Assembly: GCA_030704615.1 (NCBI GenBank) | Contig: CM060734.1 | Location: 58,590,001-58,654,000 of the forward strand | Reading direction: 5' to 3' | DNA length: 64,000 bases | Source: Takakia lepidozioides | Taxonomy: Eukaryota; Plantae; Bryophyta | Shown: one piece after another, positions 24,960-36,244 of the stretch | Layout of the letters: every line of letters starts with the position of its first letter | Position numbering within the stretch: the stretch's first letter is position 1 | Translations under genes and position numbers: made by a program | The notes under the pieces: model-generated | What the model was told of the DNA's origin: nothing | The model's database searches: none | Seen by the model: only the letters and a program-made list of their open reading frames with translations

Positions 24960-25442
24960 TAGAAAGCCCTGCCATCGCCGTCTACGACCCCCACGCGTCG
25001 CAAACTGCGACGCGATTTTTTGGATTTATGACGTTGGGGGTTGCAAACTGTTTTTTTCGTTTTGAAAGAATAGGGCAGCCGGGTTGTTTGCGACGCCCGG
25101 GCGTTGCAGGGGCCTTTTGCCCTTCATGCCACCAGACGACAGCTTGGCGTCGCAAGAAAGGGCTGGGATGAAAGAAATGGCAAGAAATGGCTATTTTTTT
25201 CGGCTTGCGACGACCGACCGTCGCCAGAAAGGGCTGCCTTCTGCCCTTCGCTGGGGGGCGACGCTTGAGCGTCGCACGGAAGGGATGCCTTCTGCCCTTC
25301 ATCCGCCTGTGCGACGGCCAGGTGGCGACCCGTGGGGTTTGGTTGCGACGGCCCGGCGTCGCAAACAGGCTCCGCGGGGTTGGCGTCGCGCGGGGCGTGG
25401 GGGTGCGGCTGGCGTCGCAAACCCCCCCCATTTGCTTTAGTG
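24960..25442. mobile_element. CACTA right terminus with subterminal GTCGC/GCGAC repeats
   Basis: Ends in ...TTTGCTTTAGTG (reverse complement CACTAAAGC); dense TGCGAC/GTCGCA motifs. Confidence 0.75.
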
Positions 25443-26464
25443 ATGAAGCAAATGATCCTCCCCCACTTAAATGTTAGCTTGAATGTACCTTGATTGGATA
25501 AGACCCATGAGTGAATCTTACACATGTAAATATTCATATGCTTATATAAGCTTGTATATATACATAGGCTTATATACATGTTGTAACTTAGGGTTATTTT
25601 TTTTTTGCAGGGAAGACCTGTGTTGCGCGGGGATGCAGAAAGACGCTGCCTCTTCGCTGAAAAGCTTTAGGGTTTTGTTTATGGCAGAGAAGACGCGCAA
25701 GGATGGGAGGATGGGAGCGTCTTCATGCATGGCTTTCTGGAAGTACAAGAGCATGAGAGGGAGTCCTCCATATGTGTGTAGGTGGGATTTGCAGCCAACC
25801 CGAAGGCTGAAGCAGCTACAAGTATGTGTTATCGCTTCTCATTTATGAAACAACACGGTTACTCTTGGTGCAAATTCTCTCCTGTCTTGTTGGAAACTTG
25901 GAAACCTGAGTTTGTGATTGCTTGGTCCAGGTTTATCGAGAGCATATCCTACTGGCATTCTCTTCCTGCTTGTGCCATTCTGTAGTCTTTAAGCTCTAGA
26001 TGCACATAGGTACATTACTCCTTCCTTGCTCTTAGAGAGGATGTTCGAGAGAGTCGTGGCCATCAAATGTGGTTGAGTGGTGTGACAGATCTCTTGCAAT
26101 TGAGGATTAAACCAAAGTTGTACGGTCTGCCAGCAGAAATGATACGAATTGAAATGGTACTTTATAACGTCCATAGAAAGTTCAAAGAGCTTATGGAACA
26201 AAATGGGAAAAAAAACATGAGAGAAGAAACAAGACCAGAGCCAAAAAAATAAGCAGAGAAAGACTCAAATTGCACACAGATTTGGAATGTATGTGGAGAG
26301 AAAAAAATTACTATTTGATTAGTCATTTAACAAGGTGTTGGAGCATGCACAGATTAACACGGATGAATCCAAGTTGTGTTGTATTTTCAGTATAGGGTTT
26401 GCTGTCACATTTTAGGTTTCACCTTGTTCATGTTATCTTCTAGGCTTCCTCACTATCTCTCTAT

Positions 26465-26705
26465 TTACAGTTTCACAGTTTTACAAATTTACAGTTTTAT
26501 AATTTCATGGATCTTTAGTATATATCTTTTTAAACATATAAAGACATCTAGATAAGTTTCTCAGTGAGTATTACAGTTTTACAGTTTTACAAATTTACAG
26601 TTTTATAGTTTTATGGATTTACAGTTTTACAGTTTTATGGATCTTTAGTATATATCTTTTTAAACATATAAAGACATCTAGATAAGTTTCTCAGTGAGTA
26701 TTTCA
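26465..26705. repeat. ACAGTTTT microsatellite plus a tandem duplication
   Basis: About 26508-26570 is repeated at about 26638-26700. Confidence 0.8.
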
Positions 26706-27879
26706 GTATTTTGGTTCGGAGCGGGTCTCGTCTACCAGCCTCAATGGCTTGTACAAGGTTATTTTTTCTTTGATTAATAAAATTAAAGCTGGGCCTCAGT
26801 CCCCTTTAACCTACATATATATATCAGTATTTCACTTAACAAATCATTTTTCAGCTCATTATAAACTTCATTTTTTTTTTCAGTTGTCATATTTTAAATT
26901 TATTTGCTTTCGATTTCAAATTACTTCTTTGTATTTCTATTATCTCAATTACATAAAAGTTTTTATTTCATATTCACATTTATTTTATATCATTCTGCTT
27001 TGCATGCCCAATCCACATATCTAATGTTCTCACTTTCACCACGGGTTTAATTTCATAGTTTTAAAATTTAAAATTCCAACAATTGAATACAACCAATATA
27101 TTAGCTTGAGGTTCAATTTTTCACTTCATATCATATGATTTATTTCCAGGAAATAATTATATTCAAAATTCTCTAATCTCATTTTTTTCATTAATCTAAT
27201 TAATATTGTGCATTTTTGTTTACAATTATTGTTGCGGTTAACAACAAAAATTCTGAATTCATCTTCTTCTTTACGTATTTAATCCTACATTTCTCATTTA
27301 TTAATGCTTACATACTTAACTACAACATAGTAAATTGCATCCAAAAAAGTTCATCCATCCAAAAAATAGTCAGTATTTCAATAAATATCTCAATATTTTA
27401 GTAAAATTGAAAGATCAGTTAATAGTATCATACATTATACTTAATTTTTGCTCTTATGGTACATGTTCATTTAGGTCATTGTTCTATTTTGAAAAATATC
27501 AAATATAAAATTTTATGAGAGGATTTGATGATTATTATATTTTCAATTGCCAAAGTTGTCAATACAAATAATGAATCATATATTTTCACATAACAGATAT
27601 TCTAATATGAAGATTGAATGATGCTTAGGTTTTTTCGATTTAAGTCTATTCTCTATTATAGGGAATTTGTTTTGTAATTTGTTTTCTATCTACAAATAAA
27701 ATAAAGTTTTTCCAAGGTCTCTGGTCTCTGCCCTATATATATATATATATATATAGTTTCAATATAAAATTGTAAATAAATATTCTTCTCTCAGGGTGGA
27801 GCCATTACGCGACTAGCCGCTTGTTTAATATGACCTAGAGGCCTCTGTCCCCTCTCGAAAAGTTAAAATATTGCACATC

Positions 27880-27960
27880 GGCTGATAGATCAGCTGGTAA
27901 GTGCACAGTGTGTCGCCTGGTGATGTAGGATTCAAACCCGCTGCCCTGCGCGGTGTGTGG
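27880..27960 (+). other. Degenerate tRNA-derived (SINE-head-like) sequence
   Basis: A-box-like TAGATCAGCTGG and B-box-like GGATTCAAACCC; similar to 33580-33660. Confidence 0.5.
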
Positions 27961-29034
27961 ATTGTTCATGACCGGTTGGTCTGGTGGTGATGTTTCCCTC
28001 CTATGTGCCCAATGGCTTATCTGAAAGGGGGTTTTTCCCCCTCCTCAAGGGCCTGAATTGTGAAAGTCGCTCCCAAGTTTCCTTTTATATATATATAATA
28101 TTTATGGTGAAATCCTTTCTGATAGTTGTAGCCATAAAACTATTGATCTCTGCAAATAACCACAACACATTATCATATTGTAAATTTTCATACTCGACAC
28201 TCATATTTTTTTATAATTTTTGAATAAATTCATGAATAGTGAATATGTCATATAGTAAGATTGAAGATTAAAGCTCAACAAAAAGTAATTTTGAAGATTT
28301 CTTTATCTGACATTTGTAAAAATTGTTTAAAATGAGCTATACATTCACAACACAATATTGATGGCACATTTTGAGCACAACTCAACAAATAATTAACAAT
28401 GAAATAATGTCTAGTTTAGGAATGAAATAACTTTGTGTTCTTCACATCAATAGAACCAATAACCATAATAATAAAAAATTGAATGCAATGAACAAATCTG
28501 AAATGATAAAACTGAAATGAACTAAATGTGATGGAAGTGAATATATAATAGAATTAAATGTGATGGAACAGAAAGATATAATAGAACTCAATAAAGTTAT
28601 CTGTTAAGTACAGGGGATGGAGGGTGAGTTAGGCCAGTTTGGCCAAAAGAGAGGTTGAAGTGCAATAAATGTCAAAAGAGCAGGGATTAAAATACGAGCT
28701 AAAAAAAGATAGGACCAAACTCAAAATAGCACCAAAATGAGAGCAAAACGAGTTTAATCCTATGTTTGGTTTTTGGCTTTCCTCTCGGGATACGTGGCCC
28801 GGCGTGGAACCAAGCGGGCATGAGGCTGGGGCGGGCCCCACACAGATTTAAGGAGAATACACTCTGACTTTAAGGAGAACACGTGCGCAAGTGTGCGTGG
28901 CCCGCTGCCGTCCCTAGTTTTGGTTTTGATACCCTGTCTGCATGACTTCCTGGATATGTGCAAAGTGCCGAGGAGAGGTATAGTAGGGATGTTTTAGGGG
29001 GCGGAAGGGCTTAGTCACTTTACGGATAACTTTA

Positions 29035-29260
29035 ATGTGATAGAACTAAAGGGAACTGAATATAATGGAACTTAAGGGATTTTTTTGACGGGAGTTGCAT
29101 ACAATGGAACTAATTATGATAGAACCCAAGGAAGCTGAATATAATGGAACTGAAGAGAACTGTCTGAAGGGAATTGAGTATAATGGAAGTTAATGCGATA
29201 ATATAGAAGGAATAAAACTGAAGGGAATGGAATATAATGGAGCTGAAGGGATGGGATATG
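29035..29260. repeat. Degenerate minisatellite (AATATAATGGAACTGAAGGG-like)
   Basis: Several imperfect copies; related copies near 28500-28590 and 29740. Confidence 0.7.
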
Positions 29261-30162
29261 ATGTAAATATGGCACTCACCATGGATAACAATAGAGGGAT
29301 GCAACTGTAAATAAGCTCCCCAAGTTTGCGTGGGTCTGTCGATGGTCCAAGAATTAAAAATAAGGGCCGATATATAATAATATATTAATAGTAAGCTACA
29401 CAAAATTTGAAGAAATAACCCTGTGTAAGGGGGTACAAAAAAAGACGGTAGGAAGGCAACAACTATTAAATGGAGGATGGTTCAAGCGCCAAATTGGGGT
29501 GTGTAGAGTATAGATGTCCAGTGGTGGTTTCTAAAGGTGACGTGTGGAGTTGGGGCCGCCGCCCTGGGAGGGTATATAAAGGAGAAGAGCGCTCTCATCC
29601 CTTGCCTCTTACTACTTATTTACTAAGTCAGTACTTACTTTAGTGGGCTCTACAAAGGCATGGCCCCTAAAAAGACGCAAACATGAACCACCCTAATTAC
29701 AAAACCTAAATGCTAGTGCTGAATGTAATGGAAGTCAATGGAATATAATAGAACTGAAGGAATAAATCCCAAGGTAAAATGTTGTCAATATTGTCAAAGT
29801 GGTCATCTATTGCAACCAAAAATCACAAACAATTTACAAAATTGGATTACTAAAATCCAAACATGCAGGCTTCACATATGAAGCAGAAGCATGTATGAAG
29901 TCAAATTAAACATGAAGAAATCCGAATAAGTCCTAGCATATACTAAATGATCGCAAAGGCTGACGCAAGATAGACCTGAAAGTAGCAATATAGTCCAGCT
30001 CTTGAATGCATCAAAAGAACTAAGTTGCATGCTCTTCAAATCCAACCAAATCCCCCACGGGATTCAAGGAAAACGCCCCACATGACGCACGCTTGAAAAC
30101 GCCTTGTGATGAAAAGTCTGTCTGCCTTATGAGCGATCTTCAATCTTTCTCGCTCATACCTA

Positions 30163-31560
30163 CTATGGTACTCCAATGGTAGTATCGTCATTCGGCATGC
30201 GAAGTAAAACGGATTGTGTATTATTAACAGTTGATGGAACGTTTATAATGCTACCACGTATACCATATTGGCCATAACCTTGTAATTGACATATTTGGGC
30301 AAACGCCATACGGAGTGCAATTAATCTTTCCTCAAGCGCATTGAGGTTTTGAACATTATTAATAGCTTGAGTATTTAGATGGATTATGTTAAACACTACA
30401 TATTTAGGAGATTTATTTCGGTCAAGTTTATTTGCAACTTCGACATATAAATATTTTTCCATGATTTTGTTCTGTTGTTATAATAGGAATATGCACGGCT
30501 AATTTAGTTAACAATTTTTTTATGAGGGTACTAATTTGTTTCTTGAAACATAGTCGATGACAACACGTACATGGATGCACTGGTGTATCAGATACTTTTT
30601 CTTTGTACTTTCTACGATGAGCAGAGTTCACAAGATTTTCAACTAGACTATTGTTAGAATGATGCAATGAATGAAGAGGTATTGGTAGGACTGAACTATC
30701 AGGAGTAATGGGAGATCCAATTTGCAATGTCTGGTTTTTTGTTACATATTTTTATTAAAAATTATCTCGTCATAAATGAGAACAAATTTGAGTAAATTTG
30801 AGATTGAAAGTTGGATAATGATGGGAGAAAATATGTATTGTGTCTTTGAGAGTGGATGACGGAAACTCGATCATTAAATTGAGCATGTGTTCATCATGAG
30901 TTGGTTTTGACAATGAGATGTCTTTCGGGTTACATTGTTGTTATTCAAAATAATGTCATTTTGTTGTCGATACATTTTTTTAGCGGCATGTTGTGATATT
31001 AAAGAAGGTTTCATTGATGTTTCAAATTCTAAAATTGAAAGAGACCGAGAATTTGATATCGACATTAAGGGCATAACAGTAGAAGTATAATGAGTTGTTT
31101 TAAAAACCAATTGCTTCAAATGCCCACTCTTGGTAGCGTGTCTATCATCATAAAATAGTTGGAGAAGGGTACGCGCAATGAATTGATCACCCCAAGAAAA
31201 CATTACTATTTTATTTACTCGAGACCATAACCGAATTGGTCTTTGCAAATAATTTGCTAAACAAAAAATGACACGATTATCACCTTCCAAACCTCCACAA
31301 ACAACACTATTGGACATTTTTTGAACAAATTCTTCAATTGTATGAATACCATGTAGCTCATAGAGGGTTTTCAAAGAAAAGTGGATTTGAATCATTTCGG
31401 TCACTTCATCAGTAGACGATTGTAAAGATTGTAGAAAATGTTTCATGCTTTGACAACGTAGATCCTTTGAGATATCCCATAATGCAATAAATAAGCAACT
31501 GAATTAAATAAACAGTCTCTGATAATATAATGGTAATTGTGTACACGTTGCAAATTCTGA
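30163..31560 (-). mobile_element. Helitron/Helentron Rep-Hel N-terminal remnant (OTU-like protease and DUF6570-like region)
   Basis: RDCLFNSVAY near 31490-31520; GLEGD...LANYLQRPIRLW...GH; CTCCHRLCFKKQ; LNALEERLIALRMAFAQI...GQYGIRGSIINVP. Confidence 0.7.
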
Positions 31561-31784
31561 GTCTGTAATATATATAAGAGAACAGGGTTTATTACCCTAA
31601 TTAATTTTATTCATAACTTATTAAGGGAAAAAAAAATTAAAACCCCGGTCAAGCCATGAAGCACACACACCGTGATCAATGTAATAAGAGCCATACATCC
31701 ACCGTAAGGGGAAATAATATAAAGTCTATATCTATATCCATATTAATGGTAATATTAAACTATATGCTTGGATCAATGAAGTTT

Positions 31785-32160
31785 GCAAAACTGAAAACTG
31801 AAGTTTGTAAAACTGAAAGAGAACAAAACTGAAAACTGAAGTCTATAAAATTGAAAGAGAACAAAATAGAAAACTGAAGTCTGTAAAACTAAAAGAGAAT
31901 AGAATGGTAGTTGAAAAATTAACTGAGATGTCTGAATGACTGGCTAAAAATCCTGCTGAAAACTGAAATTGAAGTCTGTAAAACTGAAAACTGAAGTGTG
32001 TAAAAACTCGTATCAATGGCAGCTTCCACAATATTATAGAAAATCCCTGTAACGTGAAAACCAAAAAATCAGCAAAAGTGTAAGAGATGAGAAATGTACT
32101 TGCAAATAAATGTAAAGAGGAGAGTACTTTGAAAATACAAAGTCTGTAAAACTCAAACTG
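31785..32160. repeat. AAAACTG-rich low-complexity repeat
   Basis: Repeated AAAACTGAAGTCTGTAAAACTG units. Confidence 0.7.
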
Positions 32161-32388
32161 TATCCATGTGGATCTCAAGAAGTATAATTCACCAAGGAAT
32201 GGTTGACACTTGACAGTGTGACTCTGTCGATGGACGCCAGAACCAGCTCTAACAGATGATTGCTTGGAACAAGAGCACTAAAATCAAGTCATCATATTGA
32301 ATAGCGAAACGAAATATAACTCCCTTAAAAAGTGGTGCAATGGCCCCGCCCTAGTCCTAGTGTGTGCAACAACGGGCCTGATTGAAGT

Positions 32389-32817
32389 TTAGGCCTTGGC
32401 ATCTATGACCTCACAAATCAAGCGAGCTGCGTCCTGCACTGTGGCGATGTTCTCAGCGTTGTCTTCAGCAAACTGAATGTCGAACTTCTCCTCAAGAGCC
32501 ATCATGATCTCCACTGTGTCGAGTGAGTCAGCACCAAGTTCTGAAAACTTTGATTCCGGCAGCACAAGGCCTTTCTCAATAGCCAACTGCTTAGCAATGA
32601 TACCTTGAACAACCTCCAGTGTCTCTTGGCTAGAGGCGCACGAGACTCTGAACTGGCGTCTAGAAGCAACCGAGCGCACCGCACCCGAGCTTGTTCGCCT
32701 CATCACAGGAAAAGCCTTCAGTCCATTGAAACTTGCCACAGGCCGTTGCTGCGTTGTAGCGCCAGGCAATCCACACGTCAGGGCGCCCTTCACCAAAGCA
32801 GCAGAGACTGAAGCCAT
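32389..32817 (-). CDS. ACP: Plastid acyl carrier protein, 142 aa, coding region intronless (probable retrocopy)
   Basis: Transit peptide MASVSAA...FRVSCA; phosphopantetheine site LGADSLDTVEIMMALEEKF; intact ORF. Confidence 0.9.
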   Translation of the reverse strand: MASVSAALVKGALTCGLPGATTQQRPVASFNGLKAFPVMRRTSSGAVRSVASRRQFRVSCASSQETLEVVQGIIAKQLAIEKGLVLPESKFSELGADSLDTVEIMMALEEKFDIQFAEDNAENIATVQDAARLICEVIDAKA

Positions 32818-33579
32818 AGTGCTAGCAAGGTAATCAATCACACAACAAAGTGAGAGAGAGACAGAGAGAGAGATGATGCCTGCAACTGAAATTGGTGTAA
32901 GTGAGAGCCTCTTCCCCTGGTGGTGGAAGGAACAGATTATGTATGCACAGGAGAAGAGAACGCAAACCTTGAGCCTACCGTCATGGCTGGCCGAGGCGAG
33001 ACTGGTCGGCGCCCGAGGCTTCCACGGCGGAATCCTCAAGGCGGGTTTTTCCAAGGAAAATCAGAAATAATATATCAGAACTTATCAGAAATTCATTACT
33101 GCTTCCTTATAACTTTTATTCCCTTTAAGTAATAAGGTTTCATCCAGGGCCTCTGTCCCTGTTCCAGAATTATATATACATATACATGTATATTATTATT
33201 TATAATAAAACTATTTCACAGCACATAAATCTTCATTTTAGCAAATAAAAAGGCAAAAACATAATATAATATAATAAAACTTCTCAATGGCTTCCTCCCC
33301 CTTTTCATTTTAAGAAAATCAGGGCCACTGTACCCTGTTCTAAAAAATTAAAAAATTAAAAAAAAATCTGTGTGCCTTATGGTGGGCGAGTCGCTAGTCC
33401 GGGGTTTTAACTTTTGCCCCCCTAATATATCCAAATTAAATTTGTATCCAGGGCCTCACCTGTTTGAGAAAAAAGAAAAAAAAGTAATTGAACAAGATTC
33501 TGATTTGTGAATTTGATTCTGAATTTCCAAATCTGAATTTGTTTTTGTTTTTTGTTTCTCAGTGAATCGAAAGGCCAAC

Positions 33580-33660
33580 AGTCAGTAGCTCAGTTGGTTA
33601 GTGCACTGACTGCCACCCAGATGATGCTGGGGTCAATTCCCTGCTACTGGACGGGTGTGG
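33580..33660 (+). other. Degenerate tRNA-derived (SINE-head-like) sequence
   Basis: A box TAGCTCAGTTGG and B-box-like GGGTCAATTCCC. Confidence 0.5.
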
Positions 33661-36244
33661 TATGGCTCCCAGGTGTGTTTCCCTTTCTTTAAAAAAGAAA
33701 GAAAAAAGAAAGGGGGAACTTGTAGTGTAACAAAAAGGAAGAATAATGATTCATTCTAGGCAAATTTTGATGAAATGAATAGGGCAGTAGTATTTTAAGC
33801 GGTAACTATATTCTTCCACTTTGTTGTATGCACTAACAGCTACTGTTAGGTCAGATTCCCTAACGGCGATAAGTTGACTTGCCTCTTCGAAAGACCGTTT
33901 GTTAACCTTGCCTAACTAATGCTAACGCTCTGGGTTCGTCTGCCAACCTGGCCTTAGTTACAGACTACTCATTCCACAATACAAACTTTCCAAGACATGC
34001 AAAGCTTTTTAGACCCAAATGAGGTGACTACACAAACGGCCCAAGGCTGTATCGGTTGTAGCGAAGTGATGTGTGATTAGTGTTCGACTGTTATTCAACT
34101 ATACCCAAATTGTGTTTTTGTTTTTTTTTGTTTTTTTTGGTATTTGCTTAGGTCTAGCATGTCAATGATACTTGCTCATTGGCAACAATGATTGTTTGCG
34201 GACTAATAAGAGTGTTGACAGGGTGTAAGGACAGTTGACCACATTTTCGCCATTGACTTGAAGTTTGAACATGATGCAAAGTCTGTGCCCAAAGGACAGA
34301 GCCAACAAGAACCTCTAATAAATTCTGTGTGGAGAAAATGGGATGCGGGACAAAGACATGAGGCCAACTGACACATTCTGTCAGTTGTGAAGTATCAGAA
34401 TTGCTCCTTAACAAAATATTCTACTTTAGTGGGCCCTGACACATTATTATCTTATGTGTGGCTAGTGGCTACTTACATTGTTTTGGGTAAGGTTTTTCGT
34501 TACAGAAAAATTGTAAGTATACTTAATCAGCACATAATCAGAATATTTCATCTAATTTGGGTGAGATGCCGATCCCCATTCTGTCAAAAGCATGACAAGA
34601 ATGTAGGTTGTTGGCCCTACCCCTCATGAAGAGACTACGCAATGGTTTCTCCCCGCTTGTAAGGTCCAGCTTTTCACGGGGACAATGTTTGCTGGATGAT
34701 TATTTCTGGATTGATTACATCAATTTTGGTGTTGGATGAAATACATTTGCTTGTTAGAGTTTGCTACTTATATATATAGAGGCAGTAGCAGTGGGTCGGA
34801 GTAGTTTACTGACACCAACACATGGGCATTTTACAGAATGAGTGACATGTGGATAGCAATAACATAATTAATCTTTGCATTCTTTGCATGAAAATAGAGT
34901 ATGGAACATTGAGAGGGACGGATTCAAGGCTATAGACTCAAACTGTTTGGGTTAGATTGATCCAAAATTGACAGGACTGTAAGACACACACCATTATTGG
35001 GAACATGAACATGAACCTTACTCAAAAGGAGGGCTCTATTTTTGAGAGGGAGGGATTTCTTGGATTCAAAATCCCTCGAGTAAGATGTTTCGAAACACAT
35101 CCATTTATGAGCTTGTGTGAGTTTTGATCCTTGAGGCCATTCCATGGTCAGCATCAGGCCTGCCCTATGTAGGGGTGTTTAAGTGTTACTAAGATGAAGC
35201 CCAACAGAAAATAAGTGCGTAATTATTTTATTTCGGAAAGTAGTTGTTTTGTAATTCAATTGGGAATGAGAGAATAATAATATATGGCGCCTCCCCAAGG
35301 AAACGTAAATTATGGTGTCTCTTCACCCCAAAGGGCTACCGCCTTCCGTCAGAAAGGAGGACACCAATCGGTGGATTGAACCCACAATCACTTTCGAGGT
35401 GGTATGTGCCCATTACCACTGGGCTACAACTTTGTTTGTCGACAGTATATTATGAGAGCCACGATATTTTGTCGTTACAAAGGCCATTATGTGACTAGGG
35501 CTTTGCGTTGCTCCGCACTACTAGCGACGAATTCTAAGACCTATGTTCAATTTTCACAAAAAGGGGTGGGTCATCCCCATGGTGTTACATGCATACACTC
35601 TGTATTTCATTGTTTTTCGGAAGAAGAATGGAGGAGTGTTGCCGGAGCTATCATGTTATTTTTATTTTCAAAGAAAAGACGGCCGAAATTCTGCTCGTCC
35701 CTCCTCTTCGGCATCCCAAGAGTTTGACGAAGCACATAAAGATTGCCACTAAGACTAAGCTGCATAACCATAGGTAGACACCTAAGACTTTCAAAAGAAA
35801 GAAAGGAAAAAAAGAAAAGAAAAAACGGGAAGCTACTTCTCACAAATCAGGCCCTTCATTATGGTGAGGAGAAAATAACCTCTTTGATAAAGATAAAGGT
35901 AAATTTTCTTTGATGTCCAATGCATCTAGAGGCCAATGGTCGGTTTGAAGGCACATGTTGAAGGATTGAACCCAGGATCACTAACCGAGCACAAGGCTCA
36001 TGGGACCCCGGGGGTGGGTGGGTGGGGGGGGGTTGTTGGGGAGAAGATCATACCACACCCCACAAGGTTGATTTTTCTTTATATATATGCGGTAACTCAT
36101 ATTAAATCAAGGGAAATAACCTTGGGAGAACTTCAAGGCCTTACCAGAACGTGGGTAACATACCCTAGGGAAAGATATTTTTTAGTTTGGTAGGTGAAAT
36201 AGCTGTCTGGAGTGTTTTTTGGCTGTTGTATTACCCTGAGTTTA

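Noticed and set aside
24982-25579. Overlapping Arg/Gly/Pro-rich ORFs (also at 52000-52990 and 11385-11983)
   Set aside because: They arise from GC-rich CACTA subterminal repeats.
32818-33054. 79-aa N-terminal extension of ACP in the ORF track
   Set aside because: It has a non-ATG start and runs through CT repeats and a probable UTR intron; the transit peptide begins at 32817.
27880-33660. Functional tRNA genes at 27880 and 33580
   Set aside because: The B boxes are degenerate and I could not fold a convincing cloverleaf.
35330-35985. Two GGATTGAACCC motifs (reverse B-box-like)
   Set aside because: Too short and degenerate to call as SINEs or tRNAs.
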